A stretch of DNA of 64,000 nt from a bacterium (lineage in GTDB: Bacteria > Desulfobacterota > DSWW01): contig JBFLZG010000111.1 of NCBI GenBank assembly GCA_040756235.1, positions 21,349 to 85,348 of the forward strand, read 5' to 3'. Position numbers and translations under genes: made by a program. The notes below the pieces were generated by a model. The model saw nothing but the letters and a program-made list of their open reading frames with translations. It was not told the origin of the DNA and ran no database searches. Shown here piece by piece: positions 1 through 9,555 of the stretch. Each line of letters begins with the position of its first letter. Positions within the stretch are counted from its first letter, which is position 1.

Positions 1-64
1 TTGCGATGGACCGGGGGGGGGGACACGCCGGTGTTGGCGTGCGCCCCGCCCCCACCTCCCGGAC

Positions 65-170
65 TCAGGGGGTTGCTTCGGTCGCCTTGGGCTCCCTCGC
101 AATGTCCGCCAATATCGCCGGCCGCCAGGCGGCCTTGGCCGGGGATGACGGCCACCACATCGGAATGACA
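65..170. repeat. Degenerate REP-like mosaic (TTGCTTCG..CTCGCAATG and CCGGGGATGAC units)
   Basis: Similar units recur at 29516-29540, 34370-34394 and 39086-39120. Confidence 0.5.
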
Positions 171-211
171 GTAGGAGCAGTTGCACCGGACCCGCACGAG
201 AGGACTTCAAC

Positions 212-1828
212 ATGCGCGTTGCCATCATTGCCTCCCCTTACCCGCTGGAGGAAGCGCCCGCCCCGCCTCTCGGTGTGACCTACGTGGCCGCCGCCTTCGA
301 GGCGGCCGGGGCCGAGGTCAGGATCTTCGATTACCTCGTCTCCCGCTACAGCCCGGAAAAGCTCGCCGCCGACCTCGATGACTTCCGGCCGGACCTCGTG
401 GGCGCCGGCTCGGTGACGCTGAACTTCCCGCGGGCCGCGCGCATCATCGAGGACGTCAAGAGGCTCAGGCCTTCGATCGTGACCGCCATGGGCGGCCCCC
501 ACGTGAGCTTCGACGTGGAGAACACGCTCAGGACCTACCCCGGAATCGACCTTCTCGTCGTGGGCGAGGGCGAGCAGACCGCCATGGAGCTCGCCCCGGC
601 CATCCGGGACCGCTCGGCCTGGCCTCGCATCCGCGGGCTCGCGTTCCGGGACGGCGACCGCATCGTGCGAACCGAGCCCCGGGAGCTCATCGAAGACCCC
701 GACTCCGTCCCTCTTCCGGCCAGGCACCTGCTGCCCGTCTCCCGCTATCTCGCCCTCGGCTTTCCGGTGAGCATCATCACCAGCCGCGGCTGCCCTCACC
801 CCTGCATCTTCTGTCAGGGGCGGCGCATGATCGGGAGCAAGGTCCGTTACCGAAAGCCGGTGAAAGTGGTGGATGAGATCGAAGAGATCCTCTCCTACGG
901 CTTTCCACGAATCAACTTCGCCGACGACCTCTTCCTGTCCAAGCAGGAGCACGCCCGCGCCGTCTGCCGCGAGATCCTCAGGCGCGGGCTCAAATTCGGC
1001 TGGAGCGCCTTCTCCCGGGTGAACACGGTGGACCTCGAGACCTTCCGCCTCATGCGGGAGGCTGGCTGCGACGCCGTGAGCTTCGGCATGGAGTCCGGCA
1101 ACCAGGAGATGCTCAAGCGCCTGCGCAAGGGGATCACCCTCGAGCAGGGAAGGCGAGCCGTAGCGATCTGCAAGGAGGTCGGGATCCTGGCGCACGCCTC
1201 CTTCATGGCCGGACTGCCCGGCGAGACGCTCGAGACCCTGAAGGAGACGCAGGCGTTCGCCGACGGCCTGGACATCATCTACGGCTTTCACATCCTGGCG
1301 CCCTTTCCGGGCACTACGATCCGGGACGAGGTCGACAAGTACGACCTGGAGATCCTGACCAGTGACTGGTCCCGCTACGACGCCAACCAGGCCGTCGTGC
1401 GAACCTCCCAGCTCGCCGCAGAGGACATCGAGAAGTTCGTGCACGACTTCGAAAAGAGCTGGTTCGAGGCCTGGCAGGAAATGGTGGACCGGTACAACCG
1501 GGGCACGTCCGCGAACCCTGAAGAGTGGCTCCGCGTTTACGGCCACTACAGAATGGAGCTCACCTATCGGCTCTTCGCGGACGACCTCCTGGAAGAGCAC
1601 GGCCGCTTTCCGCTGAACGGCATGCCGGACGCCTCCTCCTGGCAGGACGACACGGCGCTCGTGGACAAGGTTGCCGAGCTGACCGGGTTCGAGCACAAGC
1701 TCGTCTCGGAAACTCTCAAGGACTTCATCGGAAAAGGGTTCATCAAGGCCAGGAAAGAGGACCAGCACCTGCGCTGGTTCTGGACCCACAATCGGTGGAT
1801 GGACTTCGGCCCGTTCGCAGGCCGTTGA
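212..1828 (+). CDS. B12-binding domain radical SAM protein (class B methyltransferase-like)
   Basis: N-terminal PPLG...GGPH cobalamin-binding domain, SRGCPHPCIFC CxxxCxxC motif, FADD and GMESG motifs. Confidence 0.9.
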   Translation: MRVAIIASPYPLEEAPAPPLGVTYVAAAFEAAGAEVRIFDYLVSRYSPEKLAADLDDFRPDLVGAGSVTLNFPRAARIIEDVKRLRPSIVTAMGGPHVSFDVENTLRTYPGIDLLVVGEGEQTAMELAPAIRDRSAWPRIRGLAFRDGDRIVRTEPRELIEDPDSVPLPARHLLPVSRYLALGFPVSIITSRGCPHPCIFCQGRRMIGSKVRYRKPVKVVDEIEEILSYGFPRINFADDLFLSKQEHARAVCREILRRGLKFGWSAFSRVNTVDLETFRLMREAGCDAVSFGMESGNQEMLKRLRKGITLEQGRRAVAICKEVGILAHASFMAGLPGETLETLKETQAFADGLDIIYGFHILAPFPGTTIRDEVDKYDLEILTSDWSRYDANQAVVRTSQLAAEDIEKFVHDFEKSWFEAWQEMVDRYNRGTSANPEEWLRVYGHYRMELTYRLFADDLLEEHGRFPLNGMPDASSWQDDTALVDKVAELTGFEHKLVSETLKDFIGKGFIKARKEDQHLRWFWTHNRWMDFGPFAGR

Positions 1829-1998
1829 AACAGGCCCATCTGCTGCGCCTGTTGCGAGCGCAGCGCGGCAATCCCCCTGCATCCCTGCGACGGAGTGTGT
1901 GCGCCTGCTCCTTTCGCGCGTCTTGCATCGGGCCGTTTCCTCCTTCCAAGGGTCGGAGACCCCACCCTCCGGGCGGGTCCCCATCTCCTCGCCAGCCT
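1818..1998 (-). repeat. Hairpin element family B copy, with a nested 43-bp insert
   Basis: Arms CAGGCCGTTGAAACAGGCCCATCTGC and GCATCGGGCCGTTTC...CTCGCCAGCCT; insert 1943-1985 flanked by a TCCTC duplication. Confidence 0.7.
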
Positions 1999-2219
1999 TT
2001 CAGGAGGGCGTTCTTCCCAAGAGACGTCTCGTCTACCTCAATTCTCTCAGCTGTTCTAGATCCAGATCGGAACTTCCCGCATCCGATAGGATGAGTACCG
2101 GGGATGGCCCCGGACGCGACAGCGTTCATTCCGCACCGCAAATTCCGGAAAAGGTGTGGTTTCCGCGATGCCTGGGGCCCGGGGTCGGCTCGGCAGCCGC
2201 AGGAACCCGTCACGCCGCC

Positions 2220-4142
2220 ATGCAACAGCGTCCAACCGACAGAAGACCGCCGCCTCCGGGCGGGGCCCGCAAACCAACCGGGACCCGATTCTTCCGATCC
2301 TGGCCCGCGCTCACCTGGGTGCTCGTGCTGGCCGTCCTGTTCGCCTGGCTGTCGAACCGGTACGGTCCCGGAGGAGGCCCGGCGACTCCCATCGATTACA
2401 GCAAGTTCCGGGAGATGGTCGCGGCCGGCAGGGTGGCGCGCATCACGGTTTCGAACGACGAGATCACGGGCCGGCTCAAGCAGGCCGAGAGGGCCCCTTC
2501 AGGCAACCGCGAGACCGAATTCACGGAGTTCGTGACCTACCTGCCTTCGTTCGGCGATGACGAGCTGTTCTCGCTGCTGCAAGCCAACCAGGTGGCGATC
2601 CGGACCGAGCCGGCCAACAAGTTCTCGACCTGGGCGCTGCTTGCCAATCTCATGCCTCTCCTGTTCCTGCTGGGCATCGGCTATCTCCTGATCACCCGGA
2701 TGCGCCAGCAGGGGATGGGCGTCTTCTCCATGGGGCAGAGCCGTGCGAAGCTCTACGAACAGTCCGACAAGCGGACCACCTTCGAGGACGTGGCCGGCCT
2801 GGAAGGCGTGAAAGTAGAGCTGGAGGAGATCGTCGACTATCTCAAGGCCCCGGACCGCGTCGTTCACCTGGGGGGCACGCCGCCCAAGGGCATCCTCATG
2901 GTCGGGCCGCCGGGGACCGGCAAGACGCTGCTTGCCCGTGCCGTGGCCGGGGAAGCGAACGTCCCCTTCTTCAGCATCACCGGCTCCGATTTCATGGAGA
3001 TGTTCGTCGGCATCGGCGCATCGCGGGTGCGGAACCTGTTCGAAAACGCCCGCAAGGCCGCCCCCTGCATCATCTTCATCGACGAGCTGGACTCGATCGG
3101 ACGCCGCCGGGGCGCAGGCCTGGGCGGCGGTCACGACGAGCGCGAGCAGACGCTCAACCAGCTGCTTTCCGAGCTGGACGGCTTCCAGCCGACCGAAAAC
3201 GTGGTCGTCATGGCGGCCACCAATCGGCCCGACATTCTCGACCCGGCGCTGCTCAGGCCGGGCCGCTTCGACCGCCGGATCACCGTCGACCTGCCGACGG
3301 TCAAAGGACGCGAACGGGTCCTGGCGATCCACGCCCGCAACAAGCCGCTGGCACCCGACGCGGATCTGGCCAAACTGGCGCGCGGCACGCCCGGCTTCAG
3401 CGGAGCCGACCTGGAGAACATCCTGAATGAAGCGGCCCTGCTGGCGGCCCGCCGCAAGCAGAAAGTGATCGGCTGGAAAGACATCGAGGAGGCCAGAGAC
3501 AAGGTGCTGTTGGGTCTGGTCCGGGAAGGTCTCGCCCTGACCCGGGAGGAATGCGAGCTGATCGCATACCACGAGGGGGGGCACGCACTGCTGGCTGCGC
3601 TGCTGCCCCATGCCGATCCGATCCACAAGGTGACGATCGTTCCTCGCGGCCAGGCGATGGGGGTGACGCAGCAGCTTCCGGAGAAGGAACGGTACATCTA
3701 CAAACGCGAATACCTGATGGACCGGCTGAGCGTGGCCCTGGCGGGGCGCGCCGCCGAAGACCTGGTGTTCGGGACCGTCACCAGCGGCGCGGAACACGAT
3801 CTCAAGCAGGCCACGCAACTGGCCCGCAAGATGGTGCTCGACTGGGGCATGAGCAAGCGCTGGGGGCACATGGCCCTCGGAGGCCGCCGCGAGCACGTCT
3901 TTCTGGGCGAGGAGATCGCCGAAAGGCGTGAGTACAGCGAGGCGACCGCGAGCGAAGTGGACGAGGAGATCGCCTCCATCCTCGAAGAAGCCTACGACCG
4001 CAGCCTGGACGCGCTTCGGTCCCACCGCCGCGAGCTCGACCTTCTGACCAAGGCGCTGCTGGAACGCGAGGAGATTCCCGGTGAAGAGGTGCTCGCGATC
4101 GTCGGCGTGCGCAAGAAGGCCGAAGAGACGACTCTCCAGTAG
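2220..4142 (+). CDS. ftsH: ATP-dependent zinc metalloprotease FtsH
   Basis: Two TM segments, Walker A GPPGTGKT, Walker B IIFIDE, SRH ([19 protein letters not shown]), HEGGH; ATG 2220 preferred over the ORF-track start. Confidence 0.97.
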   Translation: MQQRPTDRRPPPPGGARKPTGTRFFRSWPALTWVLVLAVLFAWLSNRYGPGGGPATPIDYSKFREMVAAGRVARITVSNDEITGRLKQAERAPSGNRETEFTEFVTYLPSFGDDELFSLLQANQVAIRTEPANKFSTWALLANLMPLLFLLGIGYLLITRMRQQGMGVFSMGQSRAKLYEQSDKRTTFEDVAGLEGVKVELEEIVDYLKAPDRVVHLGGTPPKGILMVGPPGTGKTLLARAVAGEANVPFFSITGSDFMEMFVGIGASRVRNLFENARKAAPCIIFIDELDSIGRRRGAGLGGGHDEREQTLNQLLSELDGFQPTENVVVMAATNRPDILDPALLRPGRFDRRITVDLPTVKGRERVLAIHARNKPLAPDADLAKLARGTPGFSGADLENILNEAALLAARRKQKVIGWKDIEEARDKVLLGLVREGLALTREECELIAYHEGGHALLAALLPHADPIHKVTIVPRGQAMGVTQQLPEKERYIYKREYLMDRLSVALAGRAAEDLVFGTVTSGAEHDLKQATQLARKMVLDWGMSKRWGHMALGGRREHVFLGEEIAERREYSEATASEVDEEIASILEEAYDRSLDALRSHRRELDLLTKALLEREEIPGEEVLAIVGVRKKAEETTLQ

Positions 4143-4280
4143 GGCCCCGAGTACGACGAAGTCCCCTCCCAAGTTGGCTTCCGAGGATCACCCGATGGGT
4201 GGGGAACCAGCCTGTGGCCAGACAGATCGAAGCGCGCGGGGGGGAGTCCGATCCTCAGCCGTTGTCCAGGCGCTGACCCA

Positions 4281-4997
4281 TCACGCACCCTGGGCATGGG
4301 GAGAAGACGTCGCGCCTTTTCCCCCATGCCTCATCCTCCTTCGCTTTTGGCTCCGACCCGCCACGCGGCGGAGCACGCCCAGGGTCCCCACCATGGGGAG
4401 CTCCTCGAACAGGCCGGACGCCAGAGCCAGCTTGTAGATCGTATAAGGGGCCTGGCCGCCCTTGCTCGGGTCCGGAAAGATGTCGTGGATGAGGAGATAG
4501 CCTCCGGGCAGGACATGGGAGGCCCAGCACGAGTAGTCCGTGAGCGCCGCCTCCAGGCTGTGCCCGCCATCGATGAAGACCAGGCCGAGAGGGGTCGCCC
4601 AGCAGCGGGCCGCCAGCTCCGAGCGGGCCACGATGGGTACGACCGTATCCTCCAGGGAGGCCGCGGCCAGGGTCTTGCGAAACTCGCGGAAAGAATCCAT
4701 GCGGCCCGTTTGCCGGTCCAGCAGGTCCGGATCGTGGTACTCTTCGCCGGGCTGGTGCTCCTCGGACCCGCGGTGGTGGTCGATGGAGAACAGCACGCCG
4801 CCGCCTTCGCGGCACCCCGTCCCGAGATAAAGCGTGGACTTGCCGCAGTAGCTGCCGATCTCGAGGCAGGGGCCCATCCGACAGGCTTCCCTGGCCAACT
4901 CGCACAGACGCATGCCCTCTTCCTCGGCCAGGAAGCCCTTGACCCTTCCGACCAAGTTCTTCAAAGCACGGCTCTCCAGCGCTCGCGCGCTGCACAT
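4281..4997 (-). CDS. Class I SAM-dependent methyltransferase (Methyltransf_24-like)
   Basis: LEIGSYCGKST, SIDHHRGSEE, FIDGGH, GGYLLIHD motifs; GGAGG RBS. Confidence 0.88.
   Translation of the reverse strand: MCSARALESRALKNLVGRVKGFLAEEEGMRLCELAREACRMGPCLEIGSYCGKSTLYLGTGCREGGGVLFSIDHHRGSEEHQPGEEYHDPDLLDRQTGRMDSFREFRKTLAAASLEDTVVPIVARSELAARCWATPLGLVFIDGGHSLEAALTDYSCWASHVLPGGYLLIHDIFPDPSKGGQAPYTIYKLALASGLFEELPMVGTLGVLRRVAGRSQKRRRMRHGGKGATSSPHAQGA
4293..4330. terminator. Hairpin between the convergent ftsH and methyltransferase genes
   Basis: GGCATGGGGGAGAAG / CTTTTCCCCCATGCC inverted repeat; overlaps the tail of the methyltransferase ORF. Confidence 0.45.
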
Positions 4998-5085
4998 CGA
5001 TGGCCCCTCCGCGCAACGAGAGTAGAGAACGAGGGGACGCTTGTCAAAGACTCGTGCCTCCCGAAAGCGTGGCGGGCGGACTCTT

Positions 5086-5190
5086 CTCCCCTCTATCGTA
5101 AAATTTCGTCAAGGGGGGACAGGGGAGGATTTCGAAAGGGCCAAGCTGAGCTCTCAAATCCCCCCTATCCCCCTTTTTCAAAGGGGGGAA
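5086..5190. repeat. CCCCCTTT..AAAGGGGG-type REP-like palindromes
   Basis: AAGGGGGGACAGGGGAGGATTT and AAATCCCCCCTATCCCCCTTTTTCAAAGGGGGG inverted pair. Confidence 0.55.
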
Positions 5191-5268
5191 CTGAGCTCAG
5201 ATTTTCTTCACCTCGGAAATGGCGCATACTGGTGCCACGCTGCTTGAAAGTGCCCCGAGGGGTATCCC

Positions 5269-6210
5269 ATGTCTGCCGGAGCTTGCGGAATCGACTGCGG
5301 CGTCTGCCGCCTGAAGGTCCGCGGCCTCTGCAGCCCCTGCGGCGCCGCCACCGGGGAGGCCGCCCGGGAGAAGCTCGAGGCCCAGCAGCGCATCTTTCAG
5401 GGCAGCTGCCCGGTGCTCCGATGTGCCCGCGACCACGGCATTCCGTACTGCCTGCGCGACTGCACGCACTTCCCGTGCGAGAGCTTCCGGCGCGGGCCGT
5501 ACCCTTTCAGCGAAGGATTTCTTCAAATGCAGCAGAGAAGGCGCTCGGAAAGCCGTCCTCCGACGATCGCTCTGAAAGACATGCTCCGCTGGAAAGAGGA
5601 GGAAATCGACTCCGGCCACTGGGAGGAGCTGCGGGGCCTGGATCCCGGGGAGGTGTGCCGCCGGGCCTTGGCGGCTTACGACGAGAAGGAAGCATCCTAC
5701 AGGGTCCGGTTTCTGGATCGATCCTACAGGGTCTCGCCCTCGCGCAGATCGGTCGTCCGGGCAGAAGACGGCGCCGGCACTTCCTTTCGATTCGCGGAGA
5801 CCTCCTTTGCCGAGGCGCTCGTACTGGTTCTCTACCTGCTGAGGGCCAAGGAGCTCCCTCTGAGCGGCCGGCAGCAGACAGAACGGGAGCTGCCCGGCGG
5901 CGGGACCTTCTTCCAGGGGCCCCATGAGCTGCCGCGCGCGCCCCTCCTCGAGCGCTTCGGGGGGGACCCGCCGGGCCTGCTCCAAGCCGGCCTGGCCCTC
6001 GGCGCCAAGCCGCTCGCCTTCGGAGACGCCGCTTTCCGCCTGCAGGCGCTGCCGAGGGTCCCGGTAGACTACATCCTCTGGGCCGAGGACGAGGAGTTTC
6101 CCGCCAGGCTCACTCTCGCCTTCGACTCCTCCGCGGCAGAGCACCTCCCCCTGGACGTGCTCTGGGCCCTCATCCACATCATCACGGTGCGACTGCTCGA
6201 GGCAGGGTGA
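5269..6210 (+). CDS. DUF3795 (Cys-rich) plus DUF3786 domain protein
   Basis: N-terminal ACGIDCGVC..CSPC..CPVLRC..YCLRDCTHFPC; C-terminal ELPGGGTFF, LPRVP..LWAEDEEFPA, LPLD. Confidence 0.8.
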   Translation: MSAGACGIDCGVCRLKVRGLCSPCGAATGEAAREKLEAQQRIFQGSCPVLRCARDHGIPYCLRDCTHFPCESFRRGPYPFSEGFLQMQQRRRSESRPPTIALKDMLRWKEEEIDSGHWEELRGLDPGEVCRRALAAYDEKEASYRVRFLDRSYRVSPSRRSVVRAEDGAGTSFRFAETSFAEALVLVLYLLRAKELPLSGRQQTERELPGGGTFFQGPHELPRAPLLERFGGDPPGLLQAGLALGAKPLAFGDAAFRLQALPRVPVDYILWAEDEEFPARLTLAFDSSAAEHLPLDVLWALIHIITVRLLEAG

Positions 6211-6283
6211 AGGGATCATGCCCCTTCACGCTCTTCCAAGCGCGGGAGTAGCTTTCCGCTCAGGTGGGTGTCCCGGCTGGTTC

Positions 6284-6470
6284 CGTCACCCCGGCGAACC
6301 CGGATCGGAGTCCAGGCAGGCGCCGGGGTCCAGTGCCTGCACCCCGTCATTCCAGCTGTGAGCCAGGCTTCTGGATCCCGGCTCTCACGCGCTACGCAGC
6401 ATGGGCCGGGATGACGGAGCATGACATCCGACTCTTTTCCGTCATTCCGGCGCAGGCCGGAATCCAGTCC
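6284..6470. repeat. Family A REP-like cluster (GTCATYCCGGC...GCCGGRATCCAG)
   Basis: Three or four palindromic units, including CGTCATTCCGGCGCAGGCCGGAATCCAG. Confidence 0.85.
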
Positions 6471-6578
6471 ATGCGTCAAGCTCGACGCCCTGGCCTTTGG
6501 CCGCCGGAAACAGGCATAAAGAGAACGCGACCAGCAAAGGGAGCAGAAGACCTCGGACTCTCATGGCTCTCTCCTCGC

Positions 6579-6611
6579 GAGGCTGTCGAGAAAGGCGCAT
6601 CTGCGGCGTTG
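6579..6611 (-). repeat. Family B single arm
   Basis: GAGGCTGTCGAGAAAGGCGCATCTGCGGCGTTG matches the reverse complement of the family B right arm. Confidence 0.55.
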
Positions 6612-6632
6612 TGCTCATCCTCTTCCGCCCCC

Positions 6633-8252
6633 TCACTCCGCTTCCGCACCCACCATCTTCTCGAGCTTTTCCATGTACCGGCGGATCTTGCGGAGGTGCT
6701 TCTGCATGTGGTGGCGCTGCATGGGGTCTTCATCCCAGCTCTGCGAGGCGATCCTGGCGGAGACGGCGCGCATCCTCAGCAGGACCTCCTCCGCGCTCGC
6801 GCGCAGGATGCGGTCGCCCTCGGGCAGGCCGGCTTTCGCCTCCTCTTCGGCGGACGGCTCGGCCAGCACGAGATCCTCCATCAGCCGAGGGACGCGAACG
6901 GACGGGCCGAGAACCTCCTTCAGCTTGCCCGCGAACTCGACCGAGATCGATTCCTCGCCGTGGACCACGAAGACCTGGCCGGCCGGCGGGTCCATCCTGC
7001 CCAGCCAGCCGAGGAGCCCCTGCTGGTCGGCATGCGCGGAAAATCCGCCCAGGGTGTGGACCTTCGCCATGACCGAGACGTCCTCGCGGAAGATGCGGAC
7101 CTTCCTGGCTCCCTCCACGAGCTTTCTCCCGAGGGTCCCCTGGGCCTGGAAGCCGATGATGACGACGTGGTTTTCCGGCCTCCACAGGCTGTGCTTGAGG
7201 TGGTGCTTGATGCGGCCCGCGTCGCACATGCCGCTGGCCGAGATGATGATCACCGGGCCGGCGAGCTCGTTGAGCGCCTGGGATTCTTCGGCCGTGCGGG
7301 CGAACTTCAGAGTGGAGTTGGCGAGAGGGTTCTCGCCTGAAGCCAGGATCTCGAGGGAATCCCGGTCGAAACATTCCGGGTGGCGGCGAAAAATGTCGGT
7401 GGCCGAGATCGCCAGCGGGCTGTCTACGTACGTGGGCAGCGCCGGGATGCGGCCCTCGGAGCGGAGCTGGTGGAGCGCATAGAGGACTTCCTGGGTCCGC
7501 TCGACCGCAAAGGCCGGTATCACGATCCTGCCCTGGTCCTGGGCAGCCTGCCTGAGGATCTGAGCCAGCTCTTCCAGAGTCTCGCCCATGGGCCGGTGGA
7601 GCCGGTTGCCGTAGGTGGACTCCAGGAAGACGAAATCCGCCCGTCCGGGTGGCTGGGGATCGCGGACGATGAACTGCTCCGGATGGCCGAGGTCCCCCGA
7701 GAAGAGGACCGTCTTGCTGCCCCCGTCGGACGGGAAGGACATCTCCAGAAAGGCAGACCCGAGGATGTGCCCTGCCTCGCGGAAGCGGATCGTCAGGCCC
7801 GCGAAGGGTGAGACCGGAGCGTCGTACGGGACTTCCTCGAAGAAAGGAAAGGTCTTCTCGGCATCCGCCGCGGTGTACAGGGGGGCCACGGGACGCGCTC
7901 CGGAGCGCTGGTTCTTGCGCGTCTGCCACTCGGCTTCCATCTGCTGAATGTGCCCGCTGTCCGGCAGCATGATCCTGCAGAGGTCCGCGGTCGCCGAGGT
8001 GGCGTAGATCTTTCCCCGGAAGCCTTCCCGCACCAGCCTGGGGACGAGCCCGCTGTGGTCGATGTGCGCGTGGGTGAGAAAGACGGCGGCAAGCTGCGAG
8101 GGGTCGAAGGCGAAGCGCAGGCGGTTTCTCTTCTCCATTTCACGGCCGCCCTGGAACATGCCGCAGTCCACCAGAAAGGGAAAGCCCCGGTGGCGGCAGA
8201 GGAAACAGGAGCCGGTGACGGTGCGGACACCGCCGAGACAGGTGACTTGCAT
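6633..8252 (-). CDS. MBL-fold beta-CASP metallo-hydrolase (RNase-like)
   Basis: VTGSC, DCGMFQG, THAHIDHSG, AGHILGS, SGDLG, ESTYG, FSAHAD, VHGE motifs. Confidence 0.95.
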   Translation of the reverse strand: MQVTCLGGVRTVTGSCFLCRHRGFPFLVDCGMFQGGREMEKRNRLRFAFDPSQLAAVFLTHAHIDHSGLVPRLVREGFRGKIYATSATADLCRIMLPDSGHIQQMEAEWQTRKNQRSGARPVAPLYTAADAEKTFPFFEEVPYDAPVSPFAGLTIRFREAGHILGSAFLEMSFPSDGGSKTVLFSGDLGHPEQFIVRDPQPPGRADFVFLESTYGNRLHRPMGETLEELAQILRQAAQDQGRIVIPAFAVERTQEVLYALHQLRSEGRIPALPTYVDSPLAISATDIFRRHPECFDRDSLEILASGENPLANSTLKFARTAEESQALNELAGPVIIISASGMCDAGRIKHHLKHSLWRPENHVVIIGFQAQGTLGRKLVEGARKVRIFREDVSVMAKVHTLGGFSAHADQQGLLGWLGRMDPPAGQVFVVHGEESISVEFAGKLKEVLGPSVRVPRLMEDLVLAEPSAEEEAKAGLPEGDRILRASAEEVLLRMRAVSARIASQSWDEDPMQRHHMQKHLRKIRRYMEKLEKMVGAEAE

Positions 8253-8382
8253 GGGCCCCTCGAGCATGATCGTAGTTGGGTGCGTGTTTGCGGCGGCAAC
8301 GAGGCCTTTCACGCTTAGCACGGAGGCTCGAAGGGGGTCAAGCCGCGAGGCCCGGGCCCATGCGCGCTGAAAGCAACTCATC

Positions 8383-8411
8383 CTGGACTTCGAGGCCGGT
8401 TTCGTTATAAT
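8383..8411 (+). promoter_or_regulatory. Putative sigma70 promoter for the MaoC gene
   Basis: Perfect TATAAT at 8406-8411; weak -35 (CTGGAC/TGGACT). Confidence 0.4.
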
Positions 8412-8494
8412 GGTCCCTGCCCGAAACGGCGCTTCTGCCGAAGCATGCCAAGAGCTGGCCCGGTCGTTCTTTCCAGAGCAGAGGAGGACCCGAC

Positions 8495-9349
8495 ATGCCG
8501 ATCGATCTGAAACAAGCACTGGGAGCGCAGATCCAGCCGATGACCTACCAGATGACGCCCGACAAGGCCATGCTGTACGCCCTGGGGGTGGGCTCGACCC
8601 CGGAGGGCGAAGAGCTCTGCTTCGTCTACGAGAACGGGCTCAAGGTGCTGCCGACCTTCGGCGTCGTTCCTCCTTTCCCTGCCATGATGGGGCTGCTGGG
8701 GGTGCCGGGCGTGAGCATCAACCCGGTCATGATCCTCCATGGAGAGCAGTACCTCGAGATCCGCAAGCATCCCATCCCCACGTCCGGGGTCCTGACCACC
8801 AAGCCCAAGGTGGCCAACATCTACGACAAAGGCAAAGGCGCCCTCATCGAGGTGGACGCCGAGACGCTCGATGAAAAGGGCGACGTGGTCTTCTTCAATC
8901 GCTTCGCCACCTTCGTGAGAGGCGAGGGGGGGTTCGGCGGGGAAAAGGGGCCTCAGCCGGGCAACGAGCCTCCGGAGAGGGCTCCGGATACGGTCGTCGA
9001 GATGAAGACGCTCAAGCAGCAGTCGGCGATCTACCGGCTCTCCGGCGATTACAATCCCCTCCACGTCGACCCTGCCTTTGCGGCCATGGCCGGATACGAC
9101 CGGCCCATCATTCACGGCCTCTGCACTTTCGGGTTCGTGGGAAGGTCGGTCCTGAAGGCCTACTGCGGATGGGAGCCGGCCAAGTTCAAGTCGATCAAGG
9201 TCCGCTTCTCCAGGCCCGCCTGGCCGGGAGACACGATCGTGACCGAGATGTGGAAGGTCGGGCCCGGCAAGCTCATCGTGCGGGCCTCTACCAAGGAGAA
9301 GCCCGGCGAATACGTGCTGACCAACGCGGCCGTGGAGCTGAACGTGTAG
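8495..9349 (+). CDS. MaoC-family double hot-dog (R)-specific enoyl-CoA hydratase (hydratase 2-like)
   Basis: LYALGVG, LPTF, LHGEQ and YRLSGDYNPLHVDP..IHGLCTFG hydratase-2 motif. Confidence 0.93.
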   Translation: MPIDLKQALGAQIQPMTYQMTPDKAMLYALGVGSTPEGEELCFVYENGLKVLPTFGVVPPFPAMMGLLGVPGVSINPVMILHGEQYLEIRKHPIPTSGVLTTKPKVANIYDKGKGALIEVDAETLDEKGDVVFFNRFATFVRGEGGFGGEKGPQPGNEPPERAPDTVVEMKTLKQQSAIYRLSGDYNPLHVDPAFAAMAGYDRPIIHGLCTFGFVGRSVLKAYCGWEPAKFKSIKVRFSRPAWPGDTIVTEMWKVGPGKLIVRASTKEKPGEYVLTNAAVELNV

Positions 9350-9461
9350 GAGGCCGGAGCCTGCCGCCGCGCTCCGTTGCGGGGGAGCGGGTGGAGCGCT
9401 GCTGACAGGCCCGCGGCTGAAGCCGGGAAGACGATTGCGGCGAGCGCTGATTGGACGGACG

Positions 9462-9497
9462 AGGGCCCCGGGCGCGGAATCGCCCGGGGCCCTTTTT
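9462..9497 (+). terminator. Intrinsic terminator
   Basis: 12-bp GC stem GGGCCCCGGGCG/CGCCCGGGGCCC followed by TTTTT. Confidence 0.8.
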
Positions 9498-9555
9498 CGT
9501 GCCCAACGACCTCGGATCTCTTCGCACGTTCAGAAAGAGCGGGCACTAGCCTGGG

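Noticed and set aside
13..22. G10 homopolymer as a phase-variation tract
   Set aside because: It is at the window edge inside a repeat-like hairpin, with no gene context visible
9350..9500. Riboswitch ahead of the radical SAM gene
   Set aside because: Only a terminator and a short GAGCGCTG repeat; no recognisable aptamer core, so it is simpler as the MaoC terminator
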